Translations under genes and position numbers: made by a program
Assembly (NCBI GenBank): GCA_963741095.1
Contig: CAVUGN010000002.1
Coordinates: 128,001-192,000, forward strand
Source: an uncultured Candidatus Micrarchaeota archaeon
Lineage (GTDB): Archaea > Micrarchaeota > Micrarchaeia > Micrarchaeales > Micrarchaeaceae
Direction: 5' to 3'
Length of the DNA stretch: 64,000 bases
Shown: positions 8,169 to 16,808 of the stretch, in pieces
Numbering within the stretch: the first letter of the stretch is position 1
How the letters are laid out: the number at the start of each line of letters is the position of its first letter
The notes under the pieces: generated by a model
Database searches by the model: none
Seen by the model: the letters and a program-made list of their open reading frames with translations, nothing else
Told to the model about the DNA's origin: nothing

Positions 8169-10528
8169 TATCCACATCTTGTGTAGCCACACGCTTTGCA
8201 GGTCACGCATCCGCTCTCGTTCATGAGCGTGCGCTCGCCGCAGCTGGGGCAGCTCTCCATCTTTGTGCCATCGCTTCCTGCAGCCTCGCTAGGCTTCTCA
8301 TCCTGCGCCTGCTTCACATGGTCCTTGAGCGTGATCGGCTCGTTGTGTGCCGACATGCTCTCCTGCCCTGTCGCAAGCTCAAGCGCCTTGGCTATCGCAT
8401 CTGGTACGCTGTAGACCCTAAGCCCGTGGTCCCACATCACCGTGCTTGAGCGTATGCCCTTGAGGCTGGATATGACCTCCTTTATGTCGCCGCCGACCTG
8501 CAGGTACCTGCTGATCAGCTTGCCCATCGCCTCGCAGTAGCTCTTCTCGTCGCTTCCCGCCTTGCCCAATGTTATGAACACCTCTCTTATCGATTCCTTG
8601 TCGAAGTTGGCCGTCAGGTAGAGCGTGCCCTGCATGACCTTGAGCTTTATCGTCTTGCCCACGAGCACGTCAGGCCTGTTCCAGTTCGGCTGCGCCTCCT
8701 TCAATTTAAGTTCTTCATCGGTTATGAGCACTCCTTCCCTCGAGCCCTCCCTGTAGACGGTTATGCCCTTGCACCCGGCCTTCCAGGCCTGCATGTATAT
8801 CTGCTCGACCTGTTCGACCGTCGTGTCCTTCGGCAGGTTGACCGTCGAGGATATGGCGCTGTCCACATGCTTCTGTATTATGCCCTGCATCTTGACCCTG
8901 AACTCCGGAAGTATCTTGTGCGAAGGCACGAAGAATTCCGGCAGGTCCTTCTCGTCGTTTATGCCGGCGAGCTTCATGTACTCGCTGACGAGCGGGTCGT
9001 ACATCTTGAAGTACTGCTGGCTCAACGATTCGGATCTCCTGGTGTAACTGAATGCGAATATCGGCTCCACGCCGCTTGAGGTGCCAACGAGCACCGAGCC
9101 GCTGCCGACCGGCGCTATGGTCAGGATTGCGACGTTCCTCAGGCCGTCCTTGGCTATCCTGTTCCTCGTCTCTTCATCAAGGGTCTTTATGAACGGCATG
9201 CTCAGGTGCTTGTCCTTGTCGAACGACAGGAACGAGCCCTTATCCTTCGCTATCGCGCAGCTCTCATCGTAGGCCGTCCTCTTTATCATGTTGAAGAGGT
9301 TGTCCGCGAACGCCAGAGCCTTGTCGCTGTCGTACTTTATCTTGAGCTTCACGAACATGTCCGCCAGCCCGGTCACGCCGATGCCGATGCGCCTGCTGTT
9401 CCTCGACGCCTCTCTCTGCGCCGGCAGTGCGTGCTTCTCCATGTTGTAATCAAGGACATCGTCCAGGAACCTCACGGAATACCTGACCGCCTGTTCAAGC
9501 ATCTTCCAGTCTATGGTTGCGCTGTCGCTGAACTTGTCTATCACGAATGCCGGCAGGTTTATGCTGCCCAGGTCGCATGCGCCATAGGGCTGCAGCGGCT
9601 GCTCGCTGCATGGATTGGTCGTTATCACCTCCATGCCGTTGTACTCGCTCGGCGAGAACCTCTTTATCGTGTCCCAGAACATCAAACCAGGCTCGGCCCA
9701 GTCCCTAGCGGACTTGACGATCTCGTCCCACAGGAAACGCGCGCTCACCTTGCGTTCTATCCTGCCGGTGACCCCGCTGCCGTACCTGAGCGCAAACTCC
9801 TCATTAGCCTCGACCGCGCGCATGAACTCGTCGGTTATCCTGACGCTTATGTTCGCATACTTGACGGTGCTGAGGTTTCTCTTCACCTTTATGAATTCAA
9901 GAATGTCCGGGTGATCAACGCTCATCGTTATCATGAGCGCGCCCCTCCTTCCAGCCTGGCCTATGGTGTGCGTCGTCTCGCTCATTATGTTCATGAACGA
10001 CACCGAGCCTGAAGAATATATCGCAGAATTGTTCACCGGCGCTCCCCGCGGCCTGAGCACGCTGATGTCCGTGCCGACCCCTCCGCCGAGGCTGTAGACC
10101 CTTGCGGATTCCTTGCACCAGTCGAATATCGCCTCTATGGAGTCCTCCTTTATGGGAACCACGTAGCAATTTATCAGGCTGGCCCTCCTTCCCTGGCCTG
10201 CGCCGAACATTATCCTGCCGCCCGGCACGAACCTGAAATCATAAAGCAGCCACTTGAACTTCTCGCCCCACTCCTTCCTCCTCTCATCGGTTGTTTCTGC
10301 GCTGGCTATCTCGCTTGAAACGCGGTCCCACATCTCTTTCGGCGTGTTCTCAACCTGTTTGCCTGTCTTGTCCCTGAGCGCGTACTTCTCGTAGAACACC
10401 CTCGATCTTATCTCGTCGTTCCCGAAGAACTCCAGCGTCTCCCTTGGAATCTCGATCGGCCCCTTCGTCTCAACAGCGAGCTGCAGCTCCTTTTCCATTT
10501 CTTTGCCTTCCACCACACCACCATCCAT
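8168..10528 (-). CDS. nrdJ: Adenosylcobalamin-dependent (class II) ribonucleotide reductase with C-terminal TSCPD-like/zinc-ribbon region
   Basis: PGGRI, NCYV, GGGVG, RRGALM, TNPCSEQPL (thiyl Cys), IAPVGSGS, SSGVEP, KGITVYR, C-terminal CPSC...CKAC. Start set at ATG 10528; a GTG a few codons downstream is also possible. Confidence 0.93.
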   Translation of the reverse strand: MDGGVVEGKEMEKELQLAVETKGPIEIPRETLEFFGNDEIRSRVFYEKYALRDKTGKQVENTPKEMWDRVSSEIASAETTDERRKEWGEKFKWLLYDFRFVPGGRIMFGAGQGRRASLINCYVVPIKEDSIEAIFDWCKESARVYSLGGGVGTDISVLRPRGAPVNNSAIYSSGSVSFMNIMSETTHTIGQAGRRGALMITMSVDHPDILEFIKVKRNLSTVKYANISVRITDEFMRAVEANEEFALRYGSGVTGRIERKVSARFLWDEIVKSARDWAEPGLMFWDTIKRFSPSEYNGMEVITTNPCSEQPLQPYGACDLGSINLPAFVIDKFSDSATIDWKMLEQAVRYSVRFLDDVLDYNMEKHALPAQREASRNSRRIGIGVTGLADMFVKLKIKYDSDKALAFADNLFNMIKRTAYDESCAIAKDKGSFLSFDKDKHLSMPFIKTLDEETRNRIAKDGLRNVAILTIAPVGSGSVLVGTSSGVEPIFAFSYTRRSESLSQQYFKMYDPLVSEYMKLAGINDEKDLPEFFVPSHKILPEFRVKMQGIIQKHVDSAISSTVNLPKDTTVEQVEQIYMQAWKAGCKGITVYREGSREGVLITDEELKLKEAQPNWNRPDVLVGKTIKLKVMQGTLYLTANFDKESIREVFITLGKAGSDEKSYCEAMGKLISRYLQVGGDIKEVISSLKGIRSSTVMWDHGLRVYSVPDAIAKALELATGQESMSAHNEPITLKDHVKQAQDEKPSEAAGSDGTKMESCPSCGERTLMNESGCVTCKACGYTRCG

Positions 10529-10725
10529 AGCAACACCAAGCCGAAGAACCCATGCCGGCGAAGTCCGATATCGGGCGGGGCACGCCCTCATCTCGATATC
10601 AAAACCAATAGTTACAAGCAGGATCCAAAAGGCAATTGAAACTTATTCAAGCAAGGTATAAATACCTGCCCAAGATTTTCACCTAAAAGAGTAAACAAAT
10701 CAGTATCGGCATAAAATTTTCGACG

Positions 10726-11181
10726 TCAAGCCCTGACTTGTTCGGCCCCAACGCCATCGCAGGACTCGCTGAACTTGGTCCTGAGGCTGCCCCAGGCTTT
10801 CTTGTACAGCTCCTGCTCGCTCTTGTCAACGTTGTAATGGAGCCACTGGTAGAAAGCGTTGTCCTTTATGTTCATGCCGGCGACCTCCTGCACGTCAAGG
10901 TTCCTCAACTGCTTCCATTTTGATTCGCGCGCATGCCTGTGCTCCTCCCTCACGGAATCGCTGCCAAGGTCGAAGACCGCGCCGTCGGCCATGCTCTTTG
11001 ACGTCTGATAGGAATAGGCAGAGCAGAGCGCGGCGATGATCACTGCCTCCATTTTTATTATCGTCTCCTCTTCAGTGAACTGATAGTCGCCTGGATTGCA
11101 CTGGTTCTCCTTCGCCGCAACAGTCTGTATTCGTTCAGCAATCTTGTCAAATTTTGTTAGATTGTATTTTATCGGCATCAA
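10726..11181 (-). CDS. Hypothetical protein
   Basis: 151-aa ORF with genome-typical codon use and an upstream AT-rich promoter; no motif recognised. Confidence 0.65.
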   Translation of the reverse strand: MMPIKYNLTKFDKIAERIQTVAAKENQCNPGDYQFTEEETIIKMEAVIIAALCSAYSYQTSKSMADGAVFDLGSDSVREEHRHARESKWKQLRNLDVQEVAGMNIKDNAFYQWLHYNVDKSEQELYKKAWGSLRTKFSESCDGVGAEQVRA

Positions 11182-11278
11182 GTGCGCCCGAGTCTGACCG
11201 GAACACTGCCTGAACGATATACATATACAACACTTAAATTTATAAGCATTAATTCATAAGTAAAACAAAGGCGATATC

Positions 11279-11695
11279 ATGACTGGAATATTCAACATCT
11301 TCGGAAAGCGGGACGCGAGCAACGATCTGATGAAAAACCCGCCCTTCCGACTCTCGACAGAACTGATTCCGTACAAACTGTACGCGAACAAGAGCAGCTC
11401 AGCATCATTGATGGTCAAGGTGAAGAACATGACCAACGAGGTGCTGCTCACATCCGTGGTCGCAGAGCTCCCGAGCCAGCTCGGCTTCGACGAAGTCGGA
11501 GTTTCGAAGCAGAGGGAGATAAGGGTCGGAGAGATAGCGCCGCACGACGAGAAGGAAGTGCGGTTCGATGTCTTCGGCAGCGTCACTGCCGACGCAGGAG
11601 AATACACAATCATGCTCACCGCCATAGCCCATTACCGCGACTATGGCCATGTGATAAACGCCGTAAAGAAGAGATCAACGCTCAACGTTGTGTGA
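11279..11695 (+). CDS. Hypothetical protein, Ig-like beta-sandwich (CARDB-like)
   Basis: Alternating beta patterns LMVKVKN, GEIAPHDEKEVRFDV, GEYTIMLTA; no signal peptide. Confidence 0.7.
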   Translation: MTGIFNIFGKRDASNDLMKNPPFRLSTELIPYKLYANKSSSASLMVKVKNMTNEVLLTSVVAELPSQLGFDEVGVSKQREIRVGEIAPHDEKEVRFDVFGSVTADAGEYTIMLTAIAHYRDYGHVINAVKKRSTLNVV

Positions 11696-12013
11696 TCACT
11701 TTGCCGGCAGCTCCGGCTGAGGCTTTGGCGCGAGCTCCACCTCTTTCTCCATAACATTCATCATCGCGTAGGCGTTGGAGAGCATCTCCGCAAGCTTTAT
11801 CCCCTTCTCTGTGAGCTTTATCAGCTTTATCTTGCCGTGCTTCTCGCTGCTCGTTATCCCAAGCTGCTCGCACGCCACAAGGAAGTTGCAGGTGTGCACG
11901 TAGGTGGTGTTGGATGCCTTTGCGAGGCTGGTGATGTGCCAGCTTTGCGAGGTGTCCCTCAACGCGAGCAGTATCTTGAGATGCTTGTCTTTGAACAGGA
12001 GCAAACCCTTCAT
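11696..12013 (-). CDS. Winged-helix DNA-binding protein (MarR-like)
   Basis: ITSLAKASNTTYVHTCNFL...LGI...GKIKLIKLTEKG. Confidence 0.8.
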   Translation of the reverse strand: MKGLLLFKDKHLKILLALRDTSQSWHITSLAKASNTTYVHTCNFLVACEQLGITSSEKHGKIKLIKLTEKGIKLAEMLSNAYAMMNVMEKEVELAPKPQPELPAK

Positions 12014-12075
12014 GTCCTCGATACATTATCCGCAGGCAAAAGATATAAATCCCTTCGAGGGCCTGATATACATCT

Positions 12076-12561
12076 ATGGCGCAGGCAACCGATGCGATGC
12101 GGTCGCGGCATTTTCCCCTGTTGACAACATCCATGGGAGCCGTCCTGATCGTGATGTCGCTGATCGGCGGCGCGACCGTGTTCACCTCCACGACCAGGGC
12201 GAACGTGCTGAGAATAGTTTTCTACTTCATACTCCCGCTGGTAGGGGGCGTGCTGCTGTTGCTGTCCGGGATGGCGCTGATGGACATAAGCGCCAGTTCG
12301 CTGCACAGAACCTACGCCGCGAACGGCAGGAAAAAGGTGGAGAAGGAAAGGAGCAAGATGCTGAACGTGATGCTCAACGGCGACGAGCGAAAGGTCCTTG
12401 ACCTGATAAAAGAGCGCCCGAACGGCGCGCTGCAGTCGGAACTCGTAATAAAGAGCGGCTTTTCGAAGGTAAAGATGCACCGGATGCTGAAGAAACTGGA
12501 GGCGAAGGAACTGATAACTAGGGGCAGGTTCGGCATAACCAACAAAGTTTTCTTGAACTAG
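12076..12561 (+). CDS. Membrane-tethered winged-helix transcription regulator (COG2512-like)
   Basis: Two TM helices, then LNGDERKVLDLIKE..GALQSELVIKSGFSKVKMHRMLKKLEAKELI. Confidence 0.8.
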   Translation: MAQATDAMRSRHFPLLTTSMGAVLIVMSLIGGATVFTSTTRANVLRIVFYFILPLVGGVLLLLSGMALMDISASSLHRTYAANGRKKVEKERSKMLNVMLNGDERKVLDLIKERPNGALQSELVIKSGFSKVKMHRMLKKLEAKELITRGRFGITNKVFLN

Positions 12562-12634
12562 ATTACCCCGTCGTAAAGCATAAGGATATTAATTAGTTTC
12601 TGTTAATAATATATTGAGTTCTATAGGCGATTGG

Positions 12635-12886
12635 ATGGTAAAGTTCGTAATAGCAAAACAGCTCGTCGGGAAGAAGGTTGTAACAAACGACGGCTTCGAC
12701 GTAGGCAGATTTGTCGATGCTGAAGTGAGTGAGGTCACTGGAAAGATGAACACGCTTATAATTGAGCCGAATCTTGACAGCTCCCTTGCAAACAAGATCA
12801 AGGCAGATGACGGCAACGTAAGGATAAAGTACGATGCGGTCATGGCTGTCAACGACTACATAGTCCTTGACAGGAAACTGCTCTGA
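12635..12886 (+). CDS. PRC-barrel domain protein (CdpB-like)
   Basis: LVGKKVVTNDGFDVGRFVDAEVSEVTGK...YDAVMAVNDYIVL; ATG at 12635. Confidence 0.88.
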   Translation: MVKFVIAKQLVGKKVVTNDGFDVGRFVDAEVSEVTGKMNTLIIEPNLDSSLANKIKADDGNVRIKYDAVMAVNDYIVLDRKLL

Positions 12887-13615
12887 TTGCTTTCGCGCTT
12901 AACCGGTTTGGGTGGTCCCATCATAGTGTGTGGAGGAGACGAAGCCGGAAGGGGCGCAATACTCGGGCCTCTTGTAATAAGCCTAGTCTCTATCAAGAAA
13001 AGCAGCCTTCCAAGGCTCTCTGAAGCAGGCGTAAGAGACTCAAAGCTGCTCACCCCGAAGAAGAGGAGCGTGCTCTACAACAAGATCAAAAAAGTGGCAG
13101 CAGACGTCAGAGTCGATTGCATCTTCCCCAGCGAGATAAACGACGCAATGAAGAACGGCATATCCTTGAACGAGCTCGAGGCGGTGCACTTCGCTAGGCT
13201 CTTCGACACCATAGACCAGGACATAAGCGCGGTCTATCTCGATTCTCCCGATGTGATCGCGGAGAAGTTCGGGGTCAGATTCAACATGTCAAGCTCGAAG
13301 TCCACCAAGGTGGTGGGAGCGAAGGCGATCAAGGTCACCGAGGGCAAGAAAGTGAGGATAATCGCGGAGCACAAGGCCGATTCAAGATACGCGGTCGTAT
13401 CCGCTGCAAGCATAATAGCCAAGGTCACGCGCGACCACGAAGTGAAGAAGCTGGAACGCACCCTGGGCATCACCATCGGCTCAGGCTACCCCTCTGACGA
13501 CACGACGATAGACGCGATAAAGGAGAACATGGACAACGCGCTGCTTTTCGAAAACACCAGGAAGTACTGGCGAACGATGGACAGGATAAAGCAGACGAGG
13601 CTAACGAGCTTCTGA
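12887..13615 (+). CDS. rnhB: Ribonuclease HII
   Basis: DEAGRG, DSKLL, LNELE, EHKAD, VSAASIIAKVTRD, GSGYPSD; C-terminal PIP-like QTRLTSF. The true start is probably about 12908-12926. Confidence 0.95.
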   Translation: MLSRLTGLGGPIIVCGGDEAGRGAILGPLVISLVSIKKSSLPRLSEAGVRDSKLLTPKKRSVLYNKIKKVAADVRVDCIFPSEINDAMKNGISLNELEAVHFARLFDTIDQDISAVYLDSPDVIAEKFGVRFNMSSSKSTKVVGAKAIKVTEGKKVRIIAEHKADSRYAVVSAASIIAKVTRDHEVKKLERTLGITIGSGYPSDDTTIDAIKENMDNALLFENTRKYWRTMDRIKQTRLTSF

Positions 13616-13653
13616 TTCTAAATCGTTTTATTCCTTCTCTTGCATAGCTAATC

Positions 13654-13764
13654 GGACCTGTGGCGCAACTTGGATAGCGCTCTTGGCTTCGGACCAAGTG
13701 GTTGCGGGTTCAAAGTAGACTTTTGGCTCATTGCCAAACGTTTATGGAAATCCCGCCAGGTCCG
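13654..13764 (+). tRNA. tRNA-Arg(TCG) with 36-nt intron in the T-loop (59/60; 13715-13750)
   Basis: Acceptor GGACCTG/CAGGTCC, D GCGC/GCGC, anticodon arm CTTGG-CT TCG GA-CCAAG, T stem GCGGG/CCCGC; removing 13715-13750 gives the loop TTCAAAT. Confidence 0.93.
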
Positions 13765-13797
13765 CACACTCTCTCCATCAGACGTAAAGATGCAGAA

Positions 13798-14760
13798 TCA
13801 GCTTTCCGGATCCGCCTTGCCAGCGTTCTTCTTTCCCATGACCTCCATTATCTTGAGGACGAAAGGCGCCATGCCGAAGAACACCACTCCGCTGTCGCCG
13901 GCTATCACCGCCGGAGCCTTTATCATCACGCCGTATGTGATCCAATTGAATTCGGCCGAAAGGCACACCAGCATCGAGTGCAATGATATGTCCTTGACCG
14001 AGCGCGTCCTCAGCGACTGTATCGCCTGTGGTATGCCTATGCCCCCGCACACTGCTGCCGTGAAGCTTCCTACGATGTTGGGGTTACCAGTCGCTATCGA
14101 GCCCGCCATCGTCCCTGCGGCAACAACAATCGGCGCGGCCGCAGCAGAGAGGCCCACTATCGGGTTAGAGATCCTGTCCTTCACGCCTCGCATGAATCTG
14201 CCCCATGCCTTGGCGCTGTCAATCGTAACATCCTTATCCTTCTCAGTATCGGCGCACTTGGCCTCATTTTTCGCTTTCATGTCGCCAATGACCTCGCGCA
14301 CTTTTATCGCGAGCGGCACCGAATTGAATGCAAAGCAGAAAGCATCGGAAACTATCAGCGGTATCGAATGGAGCATGAAGCCGTACGTGGTGAAGCCGGC
14401 CACTGTCGCAGCATTCAGCGTCAAGAACCCCAACGATATGTCCCTGGTGCACTTGGTCCTGAACGATTGGATCGCCTGTGGAAGGCCCTCAATGCCTGTG
14501 CCTATCCCTGCTATAGTGCCCGAAATGTTTGGCTCCTTCAATAAAACGGCGCAGGCGACGCTGGCAACTGTGAAACCCGCCGCTCCGTAAAGCTGCACTG
14601 TCGGATTAGCCAATGTCTTTTTGGTGGCCCTTCCGGCACCCCTTAGGAATCCCATCATGTTTCTGCTCTCGCCTGCCTTCGGAAGAGCGTCGTTTGCTGC
14701 AATGGGCCTCCCCTCAATCGCCTTTTGGGCAGGAAGAGCCTGTTTGGGCTGGATTCCCAT
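13798..14760 (-). CDS. Tandem PQ-loop/SemiSWEET-like transporter (two repeats)
   Basis: GLPQAIQSFRTKCTRDISL...YG and GIPQAIQSLRTRSVKDISL...YG, each within hydrophobic helices. Confidence 0.8.
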   Translation of the reverse strand: MGIQPKQALPAQKAIEGRPIAANDALPKAGESRNMMGFLRGAGRATKKTLANPTVQLYGAAGFTVASVACAVLLKEPNISGTIAGIGTGIEGLPQAIQSFRTKCTRDISLGFLTLNAATVAGFTTYGFMLHSIPLIVSDAFCFAFNSVPLAIKVREVIGDMKAKNEAKCADTEKDKDVTIDSAKAWGRFMRGVKDRISNPIVGLSAAAAPIVVAAGTMAGSIATGNPNIVGSFTAAVCGGIGIPQAIQSLRTRSVKDISLHSMLVCLSAEFNWITYGVMIKAPAVIAGDSGVVFFGMAPFVLKIMEVMGKKNAGKADPES

Positions 14761-14900
14761 GCATATGTCTATGGCTTCAATAATATTTATACACCACCAT
14801 GTCTCTCGTCAATCGTCGATGTCGCCTCGTATTGCCGCTAATTTCCCGGTCCGTGCAGCAAGGTTCTTAAACCCTTGCGACATAATATCTACACTGCTTT

Positions 14901-14930
14901 TCCCGCAGGCACTGCAATTTGCAGGAGGGA
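14901..14930 (+). promoter_or_regulatory. Candidate structured 5' leader of the uL1-uL10-P1 operon
   Basis: TCCC/GGGA and CTGCA/TGCAG stems overlap the SD GGAGG; TATA-like CTTAAA at about 14866-14871. Confidence 0.35.
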
Positions 14931-14934
14931 TTTC

Positions 14935-15564
14935 ATGGATCAAGAACAGTTAACCAAATTCGGCGCTTTCGTCGAAGAAAACCGGGGCAAGAGAAAGTTC
15001 AACCAGAGCGTAGAGCTTGCGATAAACTTCACCGGGATGGATTTCAGCAAGCAGGACAACAAGCTGAACATGGAGGTGAGGCTGCCGAACGGAAAGGGCA
15101 GGGAGAGCAAGACGATGGTGTTCGCAGACGACGTGAAGATGTCCGAGAAGGCCGCGCAGCTGGGCGCGAAGGTCGTACCAAGCAACCAGATAGCCACCGT
15201 CTCAAGCGACAAGATAAAGCTGAAGGAGCTCCTCGAATACGAGCTTTTCGCGCAGCCCAGCCTGATGCCGGTGCTCGCAAGGACATTCGGTCAGTTCCTG
15301 GGCCCCAGGAACAAGATGCCCAGGCCGATGGTCGGGGACATAGGCAACATGATAAGCAATGCCACCAAATCGATATACATAAGGAGCAAGGGCAAGTACC
15401 TGCCGACGGTCCATTGCATGGTCGGCACGGAGAAGATGAAGCCGGAGGAGCTGGCTGCTAACATCGACGAGGTTCTCGCCTCGGTCCTGAAGAAGGTCGG
15501 GAAAGAGCATCTGAAGTCAGTTTACGTGAAGTTTACCATGGGCAAGCCGCTCAAGTTGGTGTGA
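14935..15564 (+). CDS. rpl1: 50S ribosomal protein uL1
   Basis: KRKFNQSVELAINF, LPNG, FLGPRNKMPRP, VYVKFTMGKP; SD GGAGGG before ATG 14935. Confidence 0.96.
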   Translation: MDQEQLTKFGAFVEENRGKRKFNQSVELAINFTGMDFSKQDNKLNMEVRLPNGKGRESKTMVFADDVKMSEKAAQLGAKVVPSNQIATVSSDKIKLKELLEYELFAQPSLMPVLARTFGQFLGPRNKMPRPMVGDIGNMISNATKSIYIRSKGKYLPTVHCMVGTEKMKPEELAANIDEVLASVLKKVGKEHLKSVYVKFTMGKPLKLV

Positions 15565-15568
15565 TATC

Positions 15569-16405
15569 ATGCTTACAAAGAATGAAAAAAGGAAATTCGT
15601 CGAGGACGGCAAGAAGAGCGTAGCAAAGCACAGCGTCGTCGGCATAGTCCCGCTGTCAGGGATACCAGACCGGCTTCTGCAGTCCACGAAGAACGGGATG
15701 AAGAAGGATGTCACTTTCCTGCTCGGCAGGAAGACGCTGCTGAAGAAGATTCTCGAGGGCAGCGACAAGACCAAGGGCATAGCGGACAAACTTGAAGCCA
15801 CATCGGCGATAATACTCAGCAATGAAGACCCGTTCGAACTGTACGGGAAGTTCAAGGCAGGGACGATAAAGCTGGCGGCAAAGCCGAACCAGATAGCTCC
15901 GGACGACGTGTCGGTCACCGCGGGCGAGACCAGCATAATGCCCGGCCAGGCGGTCACGGACCTGAAATCCGCAGGCATAGACGTCCAGATACAGAAAGGC
16001 AAGGTCGTCATAGCGAAGGACAAGGTCATAACGAAGAAGGGCGAGGTGATAACCGCCTCGGTCGCGAAGGCGCTTCACACGCTCGACATAAACCCGTTCA
16101 GCGCGACCATAGAGCCGTCATTGATGCTATCGGGCGCAATCATATTCAACAGGTCGATACTGGGCATAGACGCGAAGAAGACCGCATCGGACATCGCGCT
16201 GGCGTTCAACTCGGCGATGATGCTGAGCATGGAGGTCGGCATAGTCAACGCCTACACCATAAAGACCATGATAACGAAGGCGTACAGGATCGCCTACCAT
16301 CTGGGCATGGAGGCAAAGCTTCCAGACGCCGGAATAATAGAGGGACTTGTGTCGAGGGCTGCCAACCAAGCGGCAGCATTAAATTCCTTGACCGATAAAA
16401 AATAA
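15569..16405 (+). CDS. rpl10: 50S ribosomal protein uL10 (P0)
   Basis: [41 protein letters not shown]; operon position. Confidence 0.95.
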   Translation: MLTKNEKRKFVEDGKKSVAKHSVVGIVPLSGIPDRLLQSTKNGMKKDVTFLLGRKTLLKKILEGSDKTKGIADKLEATSAIILSNEDPFELYGKFKAGTIKLAAKPNQIAPDDVSVTAGETSIMPGQAVTDLKSAGIDVQIQKGKVVIAKDKVITKKGEVITASVAKALHTLDINPFSATIEPSLMLSGAIIFNRSILGIDAKKTASDIALAFNSAMMLSMEVGIVNAYTIKTMITKAYRIAYHLGMEAKLPDAGIIEGLVSRAANQAAALNSLTDKK

Positions 16406-16424
16406 TGATAAAGAAGGTGTAAAC

Positions 16425-16736
16425 ATGGAATACGTATATGCAGCATTGCTCCTTGACGCTGCTGGAAAGGAGGTAAACGAGAAGAACATTCTTGAGGTTG
16501 TAAAAGCTGCAGGGCTTCAACCGGACGAAGCGCAGGCAAAGGCCGTGGCCGCATCCCTTAAGGGCGTCAACATAAAGGACGTCATAAAGAATGCATCGAC
16601 CATGTCGGTCGCTGCGCCAGCCGCCGCTGCGCCATCCGCAAAGGAGGGCGAGGGCAAGAAGGCAAAAGAGCCGAAGGAAGAGCAGAAGTCCGAGGCTGAG
16701 GCCGCAAGCGGTCTTGCAAGCCTGTTCGGAGGTTAA
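16425..16736 (+). CDS. rpl12: Ribosomal stalk protein P1/L12
   Basis: [10 protein letters not shown], Ala-rich hinge, C-terminal GLASLFG. Confidence 0.97.
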   Translation: MEYVYAALLLDAAGKEVNEKNILEVVKAAGLQPDEAQAKAVAASLKGVNIKDVIKNASTMSVAAPAAAAPSAKEGEGKKAKEPKEEQKSEAEAASGLASLFGG

Positions 16737-16808
16737 TAGCTCCGAAGCACCTGCGGATTGCCGGCGCACGCCGCAATCCCCAGGAATCAGATTCAAGAAG
16801 GTGTACCC

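Noticed and set aside
10529-10591. N-terminal extension of NrdJ given by the ORF track (MRACPARY...)
   Set aside because: Atypical composition and lies upstream of the SD-like GGTGGT; more likely untranslated leader.
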